From positions 310,001-374,000 of the forward strand of contig CAXBME010000003.1 in NCBI GenBank assembly GCA_963976765.1: a DNA stretch of 64,000 nt, given 5' to 3'. Positions 40,994-51,319 of the stretch are shown here, one piece after another. The stretch is from an uncultured Planctomycetaceae bacterium (GTDB lineage: Bacteria; Planctomycetota; Planctomycetia; Planctomycetales; Planctomycetaceae). The notes under the pieces are model-generated. The model saw only the letters and a program-made list of their open reading frames with translations, did not search any database and was not told where the DNA came from. Each line of letters begins with the position of its first letter. Positions within the stretch are counted from its first letter, which is position 1. A program made the translations under genes and the position numbers.

Positions 40994-43909
40994 ATGCTTC
41001 AGCACCGTTGCCACCTTCTGAGTATGCTGGCTGTTCTTGCGAACCTTGCCACCATCCTGAATTTCTCCAAAGCGGATGACTCTCCCGGAAAACCAATTCC
41101 GGTGACTTTGCGATACCAGCTCGAAACAAGCGAATCGAGCGGACGGTTTCACCCGTTCACGCGGCAGCAGAAATGGAAGCCGGAAGAAACGGCGATCATT
41201 GTTTGCGACGTCTGGGATCTTCACCACTGCCTGAACGCTGTCCGACGGCTGGAGCAGTTTGCGCCAAGGCTGAACGCCGTGCTGAACGAGGCTCGTTCGC
41301 AAGGAGTGACGATCATCCACTCGCCGAGCGACTGCATGCCGGCTTACGAAGGACACGCCGCGAGACAACGCACGATCGAGGTTCCAAAAGCAGCCTGGAC
41401 ACCTCACGAGGTGGGATCGTGGTGCTCGGTTATTCCGACTGAAGAGCGAGCCGCTTATCCCATCGATCAGTCTGACGGCGGCGAGGACGACGATCCTGAA
41501 GAACACGCAAAGTGGGCCGCTCAATTGAAAGCGTTGGGCCGCAACCCAGGCACGCCGTGGAAGACGCAGTCAAAGCTGATCACGATCGACGCCGAACGAG
41601 ACTTCATCAGCGATCGCGGCGACGAAGTCTGGAACGTACTCGAGGCTCGCGGAATCCGGAATGTGATCCTGACCGGCGTGCATCTCAACATGTGCGTGCT
41701 CGGCCGCCCGTTCGGCCTGCGGCAGATGGCGCGCAACGGGAAGAACGTCGTCCTGATGCGCGACATGACCGACGTCATGTACAGTCCGAAAAGCTGGCCG
41801 TACGTCAGTCACCTGACCGCGATCGATCTGGTCGTTGACCACGTCGAGCGATTCATCTGCCCGACGATTTCCAGTGATCAGATCATCGGCGGAGTGCCGT
41901 TTCGGTTCGCGGAAGACCGACGGCCTCACCTGGTCATGGTGCTGGCCGAGGACGAGTACGAAACGAATTCCACATTACCGAAGTTCGCACGGCAACATCT
42001 CGGCAAACCATTCCGAGTCACGACGATCTTCGGCAGTGACCACGAACGAAACCGCATCCCCGGCTTTGATGCCATCAGGAACGCGGACGCCGTGTTGATC
42101 AGCGTTCGCCGCCGCGTTCTGCCTCCTGAAGACATGCAGGTGCTCCGTGACTTCGTCCACGCGGGTAAACCAGTGATCGGAATTCGCACTGCCAGTCACG
42201 CATTCTCGCTCGGGAAAAGTACCCCGCCGGAAGGTTTATCCGACTGGCCAGAATTCGACGCAGAAGTCTTCGGTGGAAACTACCACGGTCATCTCAGCAA
42301 CAGCCTGACATCGACTGTGCAGGTCGGCGCCGAACTGCTTCATCCGATTCTTCGTGCCGTAACGAAGAAGCCATTCCAGCAGGGCTACTCGCTGTACAAC
42401 GTTCTGCCGCTGGCGACCGGAACTACTGTTCTGGCAACAGGCAAAGCAGAGGGGCATCCGGCAGAACCTGTCGCGTGGACCTTTCACCGCTCAGATGGGG
42501 GCCAGTCCTTTTATACGTCGCTGGGGCATCCGAAGGACTTTTCCAATCAAAACTTTCAACAGCTTCTGCTGAACGGAATCCACTGGTCCGTCGGGCTCGA
42601 CCAGGCACCGGCGATTGAGTCTTCAACAGCTCCGAGAGCCGCAGAGCAACATTGGGTTACCGTCGACGTTCCAACGGGGCATCGTACCGATCCTGTGACT
42701 GCCGCCGCTCACAATGAAACTTCGTGGTATCGCTGCGTGATTCGGATTCCTGAAGACTGGAACGGCGACGAGTTGACCCTCGAAACTGACGAAGACGCCA
42801 GAATCAATGGCGTCTTCTTCAACGGAAAACCTGTGAGCTATGCAAAGGGTCAAGCGACGATTCCCAAAGAAGCTGTCGTGATCGGCGACGCCAACCTGCT
42901 GACTCTCAGCGTACCTGACGATGCCGGGCTGGTTCCGTCTCCGACTCTGGTTTCGCAGAACAGCTGGAAGTTGCCGCTGCACGGAAAATGGCAACAGCGT
43001 CTGTCCAGCAACGGTGACGATTTCTCAAACATGCTGTTGCCAGCAAAGTTCGGCGGAGCATCGGACGTTGTATACGCTCCGGAAGAGCCGCTGTTTGTCG
43101 CTCGGCCGCTGACGTTGCCGGGTGAGTTCACCACTGGAATCGAAGGTCCAGCCTGCAACGCGGACGGAGACATTTTTGCGGTCAACTTCGGCAGGCAGGG
43201 CACGATCGGTCGTGTCCGGAAAAACGGAATCGGTGACATCTTCGTAACGCTTCCGGAGGGCAGCACTGGCAACGGAATTCGTTTCGGAAAAGACGGGACA
43301 ATGTTCGTTGCCGACTACGCAGGCCACAACATTCTTCGAGTCAATCCGGAATCGCGTAAAGTCACGACGCTGGCTCATAATCCAAAAATGAACCAGCCAA
43401 ATGACCTGGCCATCGGCCCTGACGGAACGCTGTGGGCCAGCGATCCAAACTGGTCAGAAAAAACGGGGCAGGTCTGGCGGATCGATGCCGACGGAACCAC
43501 AACTCTGGTTGCGCCGGACATGGGCACAACCAACGGAATCGAAGTCAGCCCGGACGGAAGAACGCTCTACGTGAATGAAAGCGCTCAGCGAAACATCTGG
43601 GCCTTCACGATCGCCGACGACAAATCACTATCGAACAAACGCCTATTCAAGAAGTTCGATGATCACGGCTTCGACGGACACCGTTGCGACATCAAAGGAA
43701 ACCTCTACGTCACCCGCTACGGCAAAGGCACAGTCGTCAAGTTGTCACCGCGCGGCGAAATTCTGCAGGAGATCAACATCCTGGGATCACGCCCCAGCAA
43801 CCTGTGCTTCGGCGGTCCTGACGGAAAAACAATCTACGTCACCGAAGTCGAACACACGCGTCTGGTGAAATTCCGAGTCGACGAATCCGGCGCCGCGTGG
43901 GCTCGCTAG
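40994..43909 (+). CDS. Secreted multidomain protein: isochorismatase-like + ThuA-like + beta-sandwich + SMP-30/gluconolactonase
   Basis: IIVCDVWD...GVHLNMCVLGRPFG; AEDEY...GIRTASHAF...FYTSLGH; IEGPA, PNDL, TNGI, FDGHRCD. Confidence 0.85.
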   Translation: MLQHRCHLLSMLAVLANLATILNFSKADDSPGKPIPVTLRYQLETSESSGRFHPFTRQQKWKPEETAIIVCDVWDLHHCLNAVRRLEQFAPRLNAVLNEARSQGVTIIHSPSDCMPAYEGHAARQRTIEVPKAAWTPHEVGSWCSVIPTEERAAYPIDQSDGGEDDDPEEHAKWAAQLKALGRNPGTPWKTQSKLITIDAERDFISDRGDEVWNVLEARGIRNVILTGVHLNMCVLGRPFGLRQMARNGKNVVLMRDMTDVMYSPKSWPYVSHLTAIDLVVDHVERFICPTISSDQIIGGVPFRFAEDRRPHLVMVLAEDEYETNSTLPKFARQHLGKPFRVTTIFGSDHERNRIPGFDAIRNADAVLISVRRRVLPPEDMQVLRDFVHAGKPVIGIRTASHAFSLGKSTPPEGLSDWPEFDAEVFGGNYHGHLSNSLTSTVQVGAELLHPILRAVTKKPFQQGYSLYNVLPLATGTTVLATGKAEGHPAEPVAWTFHRSDGGQSFYTSLGHPKDFSNQNFQQLLLNGIHWSVGLDQAPAIESSTAPRAAEQHWVTVDVPTGHRTDPVTAAAHNETSWYRCVIRIPEDWNGDELTLETDEDARINGVFFNGKPVSYAKGQATIPKEAVVIGDANLLTLSVPDDAGLVPSPTLVSQNSWKLPLHGKWQQRLSSNGDDFSNMLLPAKFGGASDVVYAPEEPLFVARPLTLPGEFTTGIEGPACNADGDIFAVNFGRQGTIGRVRKNGIGDIFVTLPEGSTGNGIRFGKDGTMFVADYAGHNILRVNPESRKVTTLAHNPKMNQPNDLAIGPDGTLWASDPNWSEKTGQVWRIDADGTTTLVAPDMGTTNGIEVSPDGRTLYVNESAQRNIWAFTIADDKSLSNKRLFKKFDDHGFDGHRCDIKGNLYVTRYGKGTVVKLSPRGEILQEINILGSRPSNLCFGGPDGKTIYVTEVEHTRLVKFRVDESGAAWAR

Positions 43910-43968
43910 TAAATCATTGTTGGAACCGGCTGAGCGGCAGCCTCAAGCCCCAGAGAATTGGACCACAA

Positions 43969-44997
43969 ATGAAGCGTTTCCAGATTATCTTTGCCGTACT
44001 CGGGCTAGCCGCCTTTGTCGAATTGCCAGTCGCTCTCTCAAAAGCTTCCGCTCAGGACGAACTGACAGATAAGCCAGTATTGATCGAAGCTCGGCGAATC
44101 TGGGACAAGGCAAAGCACAACGCGTTTACCGATCTGCTGCGGCACAAGAGTCGCTGGTATTGCGTCTTTCGAGAAGGGACCGCTCATGTTTCTCCGGACG
44201 GTGCTCTGCGGGTGATCGTTTCGGACGACGGAGAAACCTGGGAATCGCTTGCTCTGGTAACGTCTCAAAAATACGACCTGAGAGATGCGAAGCTGACGAC
44301 GACTCCAGATGGGCGATTGATGCTCAACGGAGCGGGCATGATTGCCGACGCTGAAGTGCGGTATTACTCGATGGTGTGGTTCTCGTCTGACGATGGCCGT
44401 ACCTGGACGGAGGGGAAACAGATTGGCGATCCGGGGTTCTGGCTCTGGCGGACTCAGTGGCATGACGGCACTGCCTACAGCATGGGCTATGCCACCAACC
44501 GAGACCGAAATCAGCGAACGCTTCGACTTTACAAATCACAAGACGGAGCGAATTTCGAAACATTGGTTGAGAAACTTTCAGCTCCCGTTGGCTGCGGAGA
44601 GGACACGATCCTTTTCATGAAGGATCAGTCAGCATTGTGTCTACTTCGCCACGAAACGGGCGACAAGATGGCTCAGCTTGGAACGGCAGCACCTCCCTAT
44701 ACCAACTGGAAATGGCGAGACCTGAATCTCCGCATCGGCGGCCCGAACTTGATTCAGTTGCCCGACGGAAGGATTCTGGCAGCCACTCGTCTTTACGACG
44801 GCGGCGCAAGAACGTCGCTGTCGTGGCTCGATCCAAAGAATGGAAAGCTGACGGAAGTCCTGAAACTTCCGTCGGGCGGAGACACCAGCTACGCCGGTCT
44901 CGTCCTGCACGATGGCCAGCTGTGGATCAGCTATTACTCGTCGCACGAAGGAAAGACGAGCATCTATCTGGCGAAGGTTCGCATTCCGTCGGTGTAG
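43969..44997 (+). CDS. Sialidase-like BNR/Asp-box beta-propeller protein
   Basis: HNAFTDL, SDDGETW, SSDDGRTW, SQDGANF, GDTSY, SYYSSHEG. Confidence 0.8.
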   Translation: MKRFQIIFAVLGLAAFVELPVALSKASAQDELTDKPVLIEARRIWDKAKHNAFTDLLRHKSRWYCVFREGTAHVSPDGALRVIVSDDGETWESLALVTSQKYDLRDAKLTTTPDGRLMLNGAGMIADAEVRYYSMVWFSSDDGRTWTEGKQIGDPGFWLWRTQWHDGTAYSMGYATNRDRNQRTLRLYKSQDGANFETLVEKLSAPVGCGEDTILFMKDQSALCLLRHETGDKMAQLGTAAPPYTNWKWRDLNLRIGGPNLIQLPDGRILAATRLYDGGARTSLSWLDPKNGKLTEVLKLPSGGDTSYAGLVLHDGQLWISYYSSHEGKTSIYLAKVRIPSV

Positions 44998-45524
44998 CTT
45001 TTCGAATTGGCATCAACTTGAGTCGAACCCGATCAGTTACGCGTTGACTCGACCGACGCTGGTTCTGAAATCGGTGCTGATCCTGGAACATCGTCAGGCT
45101 CCTGAACATGAGGAAGCGGCTTTTCAGAAAGTCTCAACCATGTCTCTTGCGCAAGTTTTCGGATTTCAGGATTGACCGCTGCAGCTTCGCCATTCGCCAG
45201 CATTTTCAGAATGCCCCGGACCTGCTCGGCGCCCCAATCAAATTCCGGGTACCTCGTCTCAAGTGGCACGCCCGGCAGAACGATGACGTATTGCGATCTT
45301 TCCTGCCCGGACGCCGCTGAATACGGACTGAATATATCCGCAATCTTTCGCTGAAACTTGTCGAGATAGAGTTACCGACCCCAGGCCACAGGTTTCTCCG
45401 CCATCACCGCAGAGAGAACTTCAGCGATGTGCGGCATCGGACTGGTGTTTCAATCATGGTGGATTTCGAATTCACCCCAGAGACCGAAGCCATGACTCAC
45501 TGATAGAGAGTTCCGTGAACCGGT

Positions 45525-47099
45525 CTAATTATCTGATGCTGAATCTTCTGTGAGTTGGTTGTACCGAGCTTCGCTCAGCCAGGTGAGGTCGCTCCAGTAG
45601 CCGGTGTCGTTGGGTTGTTTCGCGCCGGAGGTCGTTCTGCCGTTGCAGACGATGTCGGTCAGTTGCTGCATCAAAGCGAAACCGACTTCTGGCAGTTCGT
45701 TTGTCAGGTTCTTCGTTTCTCCTGGGTCAGACGACAGATCGTACAATTCGCCCTTCGATTTACGATGAGGCATGACCAGCTTCTTCGTTCCGCTGGTAAT
45801 GCTGAACTGCCCGTTTGCAGCGTGACTGATAATCGGCAGTCGAGACCAGTTTGACAGGGGATTCCTCAGAACAGTCGCGAAACTCAGGCTGTCTTCGCCA
45901 GCGTCGTCAGGCAGCGTTGCGCCCGTGATTGTGGCGAACGTTGCCAGCAGATCGGTTTGGCAAACCAGGCCGCTGAACGCTCGACCGGGCGCGGAAATGC
46001 CTCCTGGCCAGCGAACGAAAAACGGGACTCGATGACCGCCCTCGTAGATATCGCGTTTGCCACCTCGATAAGGACCGTTGCTGCGATGTCCGAAGTCGTC
46101 GATGCGCTGTCTCCACGAATTTTCGGGACCGTTGTCGCTGGAGAAGACGATCATCGTGTTCTCGTCCAGGCCGGACTTCTTCAGGAAATCGAGGATGCGT
46201 CCTACGTGATGATCGGTTTCGATGACGAACTCTCCATAGCCTCCGCAGTCGCCTTTGCCGTGAAACTCAGGCAGCGGGCAAACCGGATAATGCGGCGAGG
46301 TATACGGCAGGTAAACGAAGAACGGTTTGCCATCTTTCGCTGCAACAGTCTTGCGGGACATCCACTCGATGGCTTTGTCCGTGAATCGTGTCAGGCACTG
46401 GTTGTCGATGAAGTCAGGTGCAACTTCCATCCCCAGAGTCCCAACGACCTTCCGAGTTTCTGCAGGCGAGTTCTGATACGGCGGCATGATGCGATAATCG
46501 ACGTGCCGCTTGTTCGGCTTTTTCGCCGTGAAGACGGTCGGAGGAACTTTCGCGTGGCGGCCTTCGAACCAGGCGAGAACTCCATAGTTCAGCGACGCCG
46601 GAATTCCGTAGAAGTAGTCAAACCCTTTGTCGAGCGGCATGTCCAAAACAGGCTTGCTCCAGTCGCGGTTGCCAGGATCGCCGGGAAAATCCATACCAAG
46701 ATGCCACTTCCCGACCATCGCCGTGTCGTACCCCTGATCGCGAAGCAGTGAGGCCAGCGTCATCCTGCCGTCTTCGATCAGACACTTTCCCTCGGCCACC
46801 ATCACCCCGGTTTTCTTCGTCGTCCGCCAGCAGTAGCGTCCGGTCAGGAGTCCATAGCGTGACGGAGTGCAGACCGTGTCTGAACAATGAGCGTTCGTAA
46901 AGCTGATCCCTTCCGCTGCCAGACGGTCAAGATTCGGTGTCTGAAACCTGGCGTCAGGATTCAGGCAACTGGCATCTCCAAAGCCCTGATCATCGGTATA
47001 AATCACGATGATATTCGGCTTCTCGGCAGCACTGCCCGCAAGGCAGAACAGGGCCAGAAAAGAAAAGGCGATCAGCTGGAGTGTCGAAATTCTCATCAT
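45525..47099 (-). CDS. Arylsulfatase (Cys-type)
   Basis: PNIIVIYTDD, CTPSRYGLLTG, GKWHLG, SSDNG, YEGGHRVP. Confidence 0.95.
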   Translation of the reverse strand: MMRISTLQLIAFSFLALFCLAGSAAEKPNIIVIYTDDQGFGDASCLNPDARFQTPNLDRLAAEGISFTNAHCSDTVCTPSRYGLLTGRYCWRTTKKTGVMVAEGKCLIEDGRMTLASLLRDQGYDTAMVGKWHLGMDFPGDPGNRDWSKPVLDMPLDKGFDYFYGIPASLNYGVLAWFEGRHAKVPPTVFTAKKPNKRHVDYRIMPPYQNSPAETRKVVGTLGMEVAPDFIDNQCLTRFTDKAIEWMSRKTVAAKDGKPFFVYLPYTSPHYPVCPLPEFHGKGDCGGYGEFVIETDHHVGRILDFLKKSGLDENTMIVFSSDNGPENSWRQRIDDFGHRSNGPYRGGKRDIYEGGHRVPFFVRWPGGISAPGRAFSGLVCQTDLLATFATITGATLPDDAGEDSLSFATVLRNPLSNWSRLPIISHAANGQFSITSGTKKLVMPHRKSKGELYDLSSDPGETKNLTNELPEVGFALMQQLTDIVCNGRTTSGAKQPNDTGYWSDLTWLSEARYNQLTEDSASDN

Positions 47100-47224
47100 G
47101 GTTGCTTCGCTGAAGGTCGTTCGAGGTTACTGACAAAGCGTTCTTGATCTAGCGAAAGAATAAACTGCACCGACACGTTTGGTAACTCGACAGCGCCACA
47201 TAACGAAGCTTCGAAACATAAACA

Positions 47225-47632
47225 TGAAACTGCCGCAACGTCAGACCACCGATCAGAGAATCTTTGCAGATCTTCTGTGTGTTCTGACAATCCTGCTGAT
47301 GCCGACGTGTGTCGTTTCTGAAGAGCTGGTGATTCATCCCCAGGCAGCACCAGGCCCACTTGATAATCCGCTAAAAGGCTGGTGCCCGTACACTGACGCC
47401 GGTGAGATCACGCAGCCGTACTCGATGGTTTTTCAATATGTCCCTGGAGCCGCCTTGAACCTCGCGAAGGCGAGTATCGATTCAAGTAGTGGGATGCCGG
47501 ACTGGTTGATCAAAAAAGGCGTCAAAATGCGGCGTGACAAAGAGCACAGCGGCGGACTCGCTCCCGACTACGACGACGTTCGGATGATCTCGGCGACGGA
47601 AAAGTTCATCGCGGCTCTCGGCCAACGGTACA
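47225..47632 (+). pseudogene. Truncated, frameshifted remnant of a DUF4832-like/glycoside hydrolase gene
   Basis: Signal peptide then PGPLDNPLKGW; WSRLEPREGEYRF lies in a shifted frame; then MPDWL...PDYDD...FIAALGQRY, after which similarity stops. Confidence 0.6.
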
Positions 47633-47700
47633 CTTTGCCAATCGTTTTCAGAAAGTCAGCGACTGGTCCATCCTTTCAAAGATTCAGATCACGACAGAAA

Positions 47701-49260
47701 ATGAACATTATGAATTCAGAAGTTACCATTCCGCGTTTGATCGGGCTGCTCGTTAAAAACGTTGTTTCAGCCGCCCTCTTTGTTCTGCTCAGCTCGTCAT
47801 CAATGGCCGGCAGCAAGCCAAACATCGTTTACATTATCTGCGACGATCTGGGCTACGGAGACGTTCATTGCCTGGCTCCGGAAACGAGCAAAATCCCCAC
47901 GCCCAATGCCGACCGACTGGCGTCGGAGGGGATGATCTTCACGGATGCTCATTCAGGATCATCGGTTTGCTCGCCGACTCGTTACGGCATTATGACCGGG
48001 CGTTACAGCTGGCGAACCTGGTTACAGAAAGGTGTCGTCACAGGCTTCGCGCCAAGCCTGATCGCGGCGAAGCGTCCAACGGTCGCGAGCTTTCTCAAAG
48101 AGCAGGGATACGCGACGGCAGCGATCGGGAAGTGGCATCTCAATTTTGAATATCTCAATCCGAAGACCGGCAAGCAGTACACACAGAAACAGCACGACAC
48201 TCCGCCGATCGGAGCGAAGATTCCGGACGGGCCGATTCATCGAGGCTTTGATTACTACCACGGTTTTCATCACGCCCGAAACATGGAAGCGGTCATCGAA
48301 AACGACGAGGTCATCGCGCACGACGAAGCGATTAACATGCTGCCTCGGCTGACCAGGAAAAGTGTCGAGTACATCGAGTCTCGCGCCGGCAAAGACGAAC
48401 CATTCTTTCTTTACCTGCCGCTGGGCTCTCCACACACGCCGATTGTTCCGTCGCCGGAGTGGCAGGGAAAAAGCGGCCTGGGTTTGTACGGCGACTTCGT
48501 CATGCAGACGGACAATGTCATCGGTGAAGTCTCGGTCGCACTGGCAAAACACGGTCTGGCCGAAAACACGCTGGTCATCTTTACAAGCGACAATGGCTGC
48601 TCGAAAGCTGCGGGCATCCCGGCCCTGGCTGAAAAAGGGCACCTGGTCAGCGCTCACCTGCGAGGATCGAAGGCAGACATCTGGGACGGCGGGCACCGCA
48701 TTCCGTTCATCGTTCGCTGGCCAGGCAAAGTCGAACCGGGAACAACCAGCGGGCAACTCATCTGTCTGACCGATCTGTTTGCGACGACCTCTGATATTCT
48801 TGGAGAACCATTTCCAGAAACATCCTGCGAGGACAGCGTCAGCTTTCTGCAAGCGCTGTCGGGCAAGCCGATTCAGTCGACTCGCGCAGGAGTCATCCAT
48901 CATTCATTCAGCGGCCACTTCGCTTACCGAACCGGTAAGTGGAAACTGATTCTCGCACGAGGCTCTGGCGGCTGGACTTCTCCGAAAGAAAACGAAGTAC
49001 CGAAAGGCTCTATGAAAGCACAGCTCTATGATCTCGATGCGGACCCTGGCGAACAAAACAACCTCTACACAAGCAAACCCGAAATTGCAGAACGCTTGCT
49101 GTCACAACTCACTGCCGAAGTTCGACAAGGTCGCAGCACGACCGGCCAGACGTCACAGAACGATGTTGAAAATATCGTTCTTTGGAAGAGCGAAGCGGCT
49201 GTCAATCGCCAGGGTGCGAAGCCTGCCATCACCTCTGGGAAAAAGAATAGAAAGCAGTGA
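47701..49260 (+). CDS. Arylsulfatase (Cys-type)
   Basis: Own signal peptide, KPNIVYIICDD, CSPTRYGIMTG, GKWHL, TSDNG. Confidence 0.93.
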   Translation: MNIMNSEVTIPRLIGLLVKNVVSAALFVLLSSSSMAGSKPNIVYIICDDLGYGDVHCLAPETSKIPTPNADRLASEGMIFTDAHSGSSVCSPTRYGIMTGRYSWRTWLQKGVVTGFAPSLIAAKRPTVASFLKEQGYATAAIGKWHLNFEYLNPKTGKQYTQKQHDTPPIGAKIPDGPIHRGFDYYHGFHHARNMEAVIENDEVIAHDEAINMLPRLTRKSVEYIESRAGKDEPFFLYLPLGSPHTPIVPSPEWQGKSGLGLYGDFVMQTDNVIGEVSVALAKHGLAENTLVIFTSDNGCSKAAGIPALAEKGHLVSAHLRGSKADIWDGGHRIPFIVRWPGKVEPGTTSGQLICLTDLFATTSDILGEPFPETSCEDSVSFLQALSGKPIQSTRAGVIHHSFSGHFAYRTGKWKLILARGSGGWTSPKENEVPKGSMKAQLYDLDADPGEQNNLYTSKPEIAERLLSQLTAEVRQGRSTTGQTSQNDVENIVLWKSEAAVNRQGAKPAITSGKKNRKQ

Positions 49261-49361
49261 GCTGGTCCGTCGCAAGATTTGATCCGTAAAGAACAGAAGG
49301 ATCTCATCTCAGTCAGGGCTGAGTCACACACATTTCGGGTTACATTCTTCACGGCACTAAC

Positions 49362-50477
49362 CTACGACACTTCACGAAAATTACTAAGTATCGAAAAGAG
49401 CGTCGCCACAACGTCTTCAGCCGCTCCAGGTTTGCCGAGTGCTTTCATCGCCCGACTCATTGCGAGCAGGCGGCCGGTGTCGTTCAGTAATGGTTTCAGA
49501 GTTGCAGCAAGCTCTATCGGTTCAAAGGACCGGTCTGGAGATACAACGATCACTGCCGCATTCGAGTCCGCAAAGACTTGAGCATTCTTCGTTTGGTGAT
49601 CGTCTGCCGCGGTCGGATAGGGAATCAGAACGGCGGGGATTCCGACCGCAGCCAGTTCCATCAAAGTGCTTGCTCCCGAGCGAGCAACAGCCAGCGTGGC
49701 GGTGGCCAGACGAGCCGGCATGTCGGAAAAAAACGGAGCAACCTCGTGGGCAATGCCGAGCGTGGAGTAACACTCACGAGCCGCTTCTGCTCCTTCGGGA
49801 CCGGTCTGATGAACTATCCGCCAACCTGTGAATACAGAGACGAGTTGCTCAACGGCGTGGATGATTGAATCGTTGACCTGCCGTGAGCCAAGACTTCCCC
49901 CCAGAACCAGCAGCGTCGGCGGAGTCTGCGAAATCGAGTGACCTGAGACGGCAAGCTGCCGAATCTCGTCACGCAGCGGGTTGCCAGTCAGGTGCGGGAT
50001 CGCTCGAGCCGGCAAGTAACGAGCCGACTCTTCAAACGTCAGGCAGATCGGGTGCCACCTCGACAGCCAGCGATTCGCCTTTCCGGGGACGGAGTTTTGT
50101 TCGAGCAACAGACAGGGAATACCGCACCGTTTCGCCGCCAGAGTCAACGGCACGCTGGCGAATCCGCCAAGCCCGATAACTGCTGTCGGTCGATCGGCAC
50201 TGATACTGCGGCATGCCGACCGGTACGCCTGCCAGTGAGACTGCGCGAATCGAAGCGGTTGTTTCTTCAAGGCGTTCAGCGGGAACGTTTCGCAGATGGA
50301 GTACTCGAAACCTGTCGGTTCGAGCATTTGCCGTTCGACGGGACGGCCGGAGCCAACAAAGCGAATACGACAGTCCGGCTGCTCGCGTCGCAACTGCTCG
50401 GCGACGGCGATGCCTGGAGCAAGATGCCCGCCTGTGCCACCTCCAGCAAAGACATACAACGGCGATGGCGACGGCAT
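49362..50477 (-). CDS. murG: Undecaprenyldiphospho-muramoylpentapeptide beta-N-acetylglucosaminyltransferase
   Basis: AGGGTGGH, GLGGFAS, EQNSVPGKAN, TGNPLR, GGSLGS, RSGAST, HQTKNA. Confidence 0.95.
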   Translation of the reverse strand: MPSPSPLYVFAGGGTGGHLAPGIAVAEQLRREQPDCRIRFVGSGRPVERQMLEPTGFEYSICETFPLNALKKQPLRFAQSHWQAYRSACRSISADRPTAVIGLGGFASVPLTLAAKRCGIPCLLLEQNSVPGKANRWLSRWHPICLTFEESARYLPARAIPHLTGNPLRDEIRQLAVSGHSISQTPPTLLVLGGSLGSRQVNDSIIHAVEQLVSVFTGWRIVHQTGPEGAEAARECYSTLGIAHEVAPFFSDMPARLATATLAVARSGASTLMELAAVGIPAVLIPYPTAADDHQTKNAQVFADSNAAVIVVSPDRSFEPIELAATLKPLLNDTGRLLAMSRAMKALGKPGAAEDVVATLFSILSNFREVS

Positions 50478-50490
50478 ATCGAATGATCGC

Positions 50491-51258
50491 TCAATGAAAC
50501 TCGTAGGTCTTACCAGGTTCGCCAATTTCGACATTCGGCAGGTTTAACCCGATCAGTTCTTTCTTGATCTGCTCGTCAAACGCCGTCTTGATATGAATGG
50601 CGATAACACGCGCTGGCTGTTTTAGTTTTTGCAATTCGCCGGCGAACATTTCCGGTGTGAGGTGCATGGCCTTCTCGGCCAGCCATGCCATGTGGTTGGG
50701 AAAACTGGACTCAAGGAAGACTGCCTGCAGATTCTGCTGTTCGTTGATGACTTCCCAGATTCGAGTTGTCGGATTCGTGTCGGAGACGATAGCGATCGCC
50801 GCTTCGTCGTCCTCAAGGATGAACCCCATCGCCGGTACGATATGATCGAGCGCGACAGGTGTGATTCGAACTCCTTCAACTTCGATCGTCGTTTCGCTCT
50901 GGATTTCCTGCGTCTTTAGAAACGGCGTTTCTTCGCCCGAAAGACGGATCATGTCCGGCCAGATGCGTTCGTTGAAGACATGCTTCTGAAGACAGTCCAG
51001 CACATCGGCATTGCCGTAGACCATTGGGCATTCAGGGCCTGGCGTATAAACGTTGTCGATGAAGATCGGCAACGATGCGAGGTGGTCTGTGTGCGAGTGC
51101 GAAATGAAAACATGCTTCACCTGCTTCTGTACGTCGAGCGGCGACACGAATCCAATACTCCCAGCATCAATCACGATTGAATCGTTGACGATGTACGAAG
51201 CCAGGATCTGCTGCCGCGGTCCATGCCCGACCGATGACTCGACCAGAGTGATTTTCAC
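50491..51258 (-). CDS. MBL-fold cyclic-nucleotide phosphodiesterase (class II-like)
   Basis: IDAGS, SHSHTDH, HVFNERIWPD, DHIVP, SDT, ESSFPN, HLTP, IHIK; lies directly downstream of a cyclase. Confidence 0.82.
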   Translation of the reverse strand: MKITLVESSVGHGPRQQILASYIVNDSIVIDAGSIGFVSPLDVQKQVKHVFISHSHTDHLASLPIFIDNVYTPGPECPMVYGNADVLDCLQKHVFNERIWPDMIRLSGEETPFLKTQEIQSETTIEVEGVRITPVALDHIVPAMGFILEDDEAAIAIVSDTNPTTRIWEVINEQQNLQAVFLESSFPNHMAWLAEKAMHLTPEMFAGELQKLKQPARVIAIHIKTAFDEQIKKELIGLNLPNVEIGEPGKTYEFH

Positions 51259-51319
51259 GAGTCTTACCCGTCCTTCCGATTGTGGTGCTGCCGCACGGGT
51301 ACCTTGTTTTGTGTGTTGA

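Noticed and set aside
47179..49260. 693-aa ORF as a genuine fusion sulfatase
   Set aside because: The upstream part is a frameshifted, truncated remnant, and the sulfatase has its own signal peptide from about 47701.
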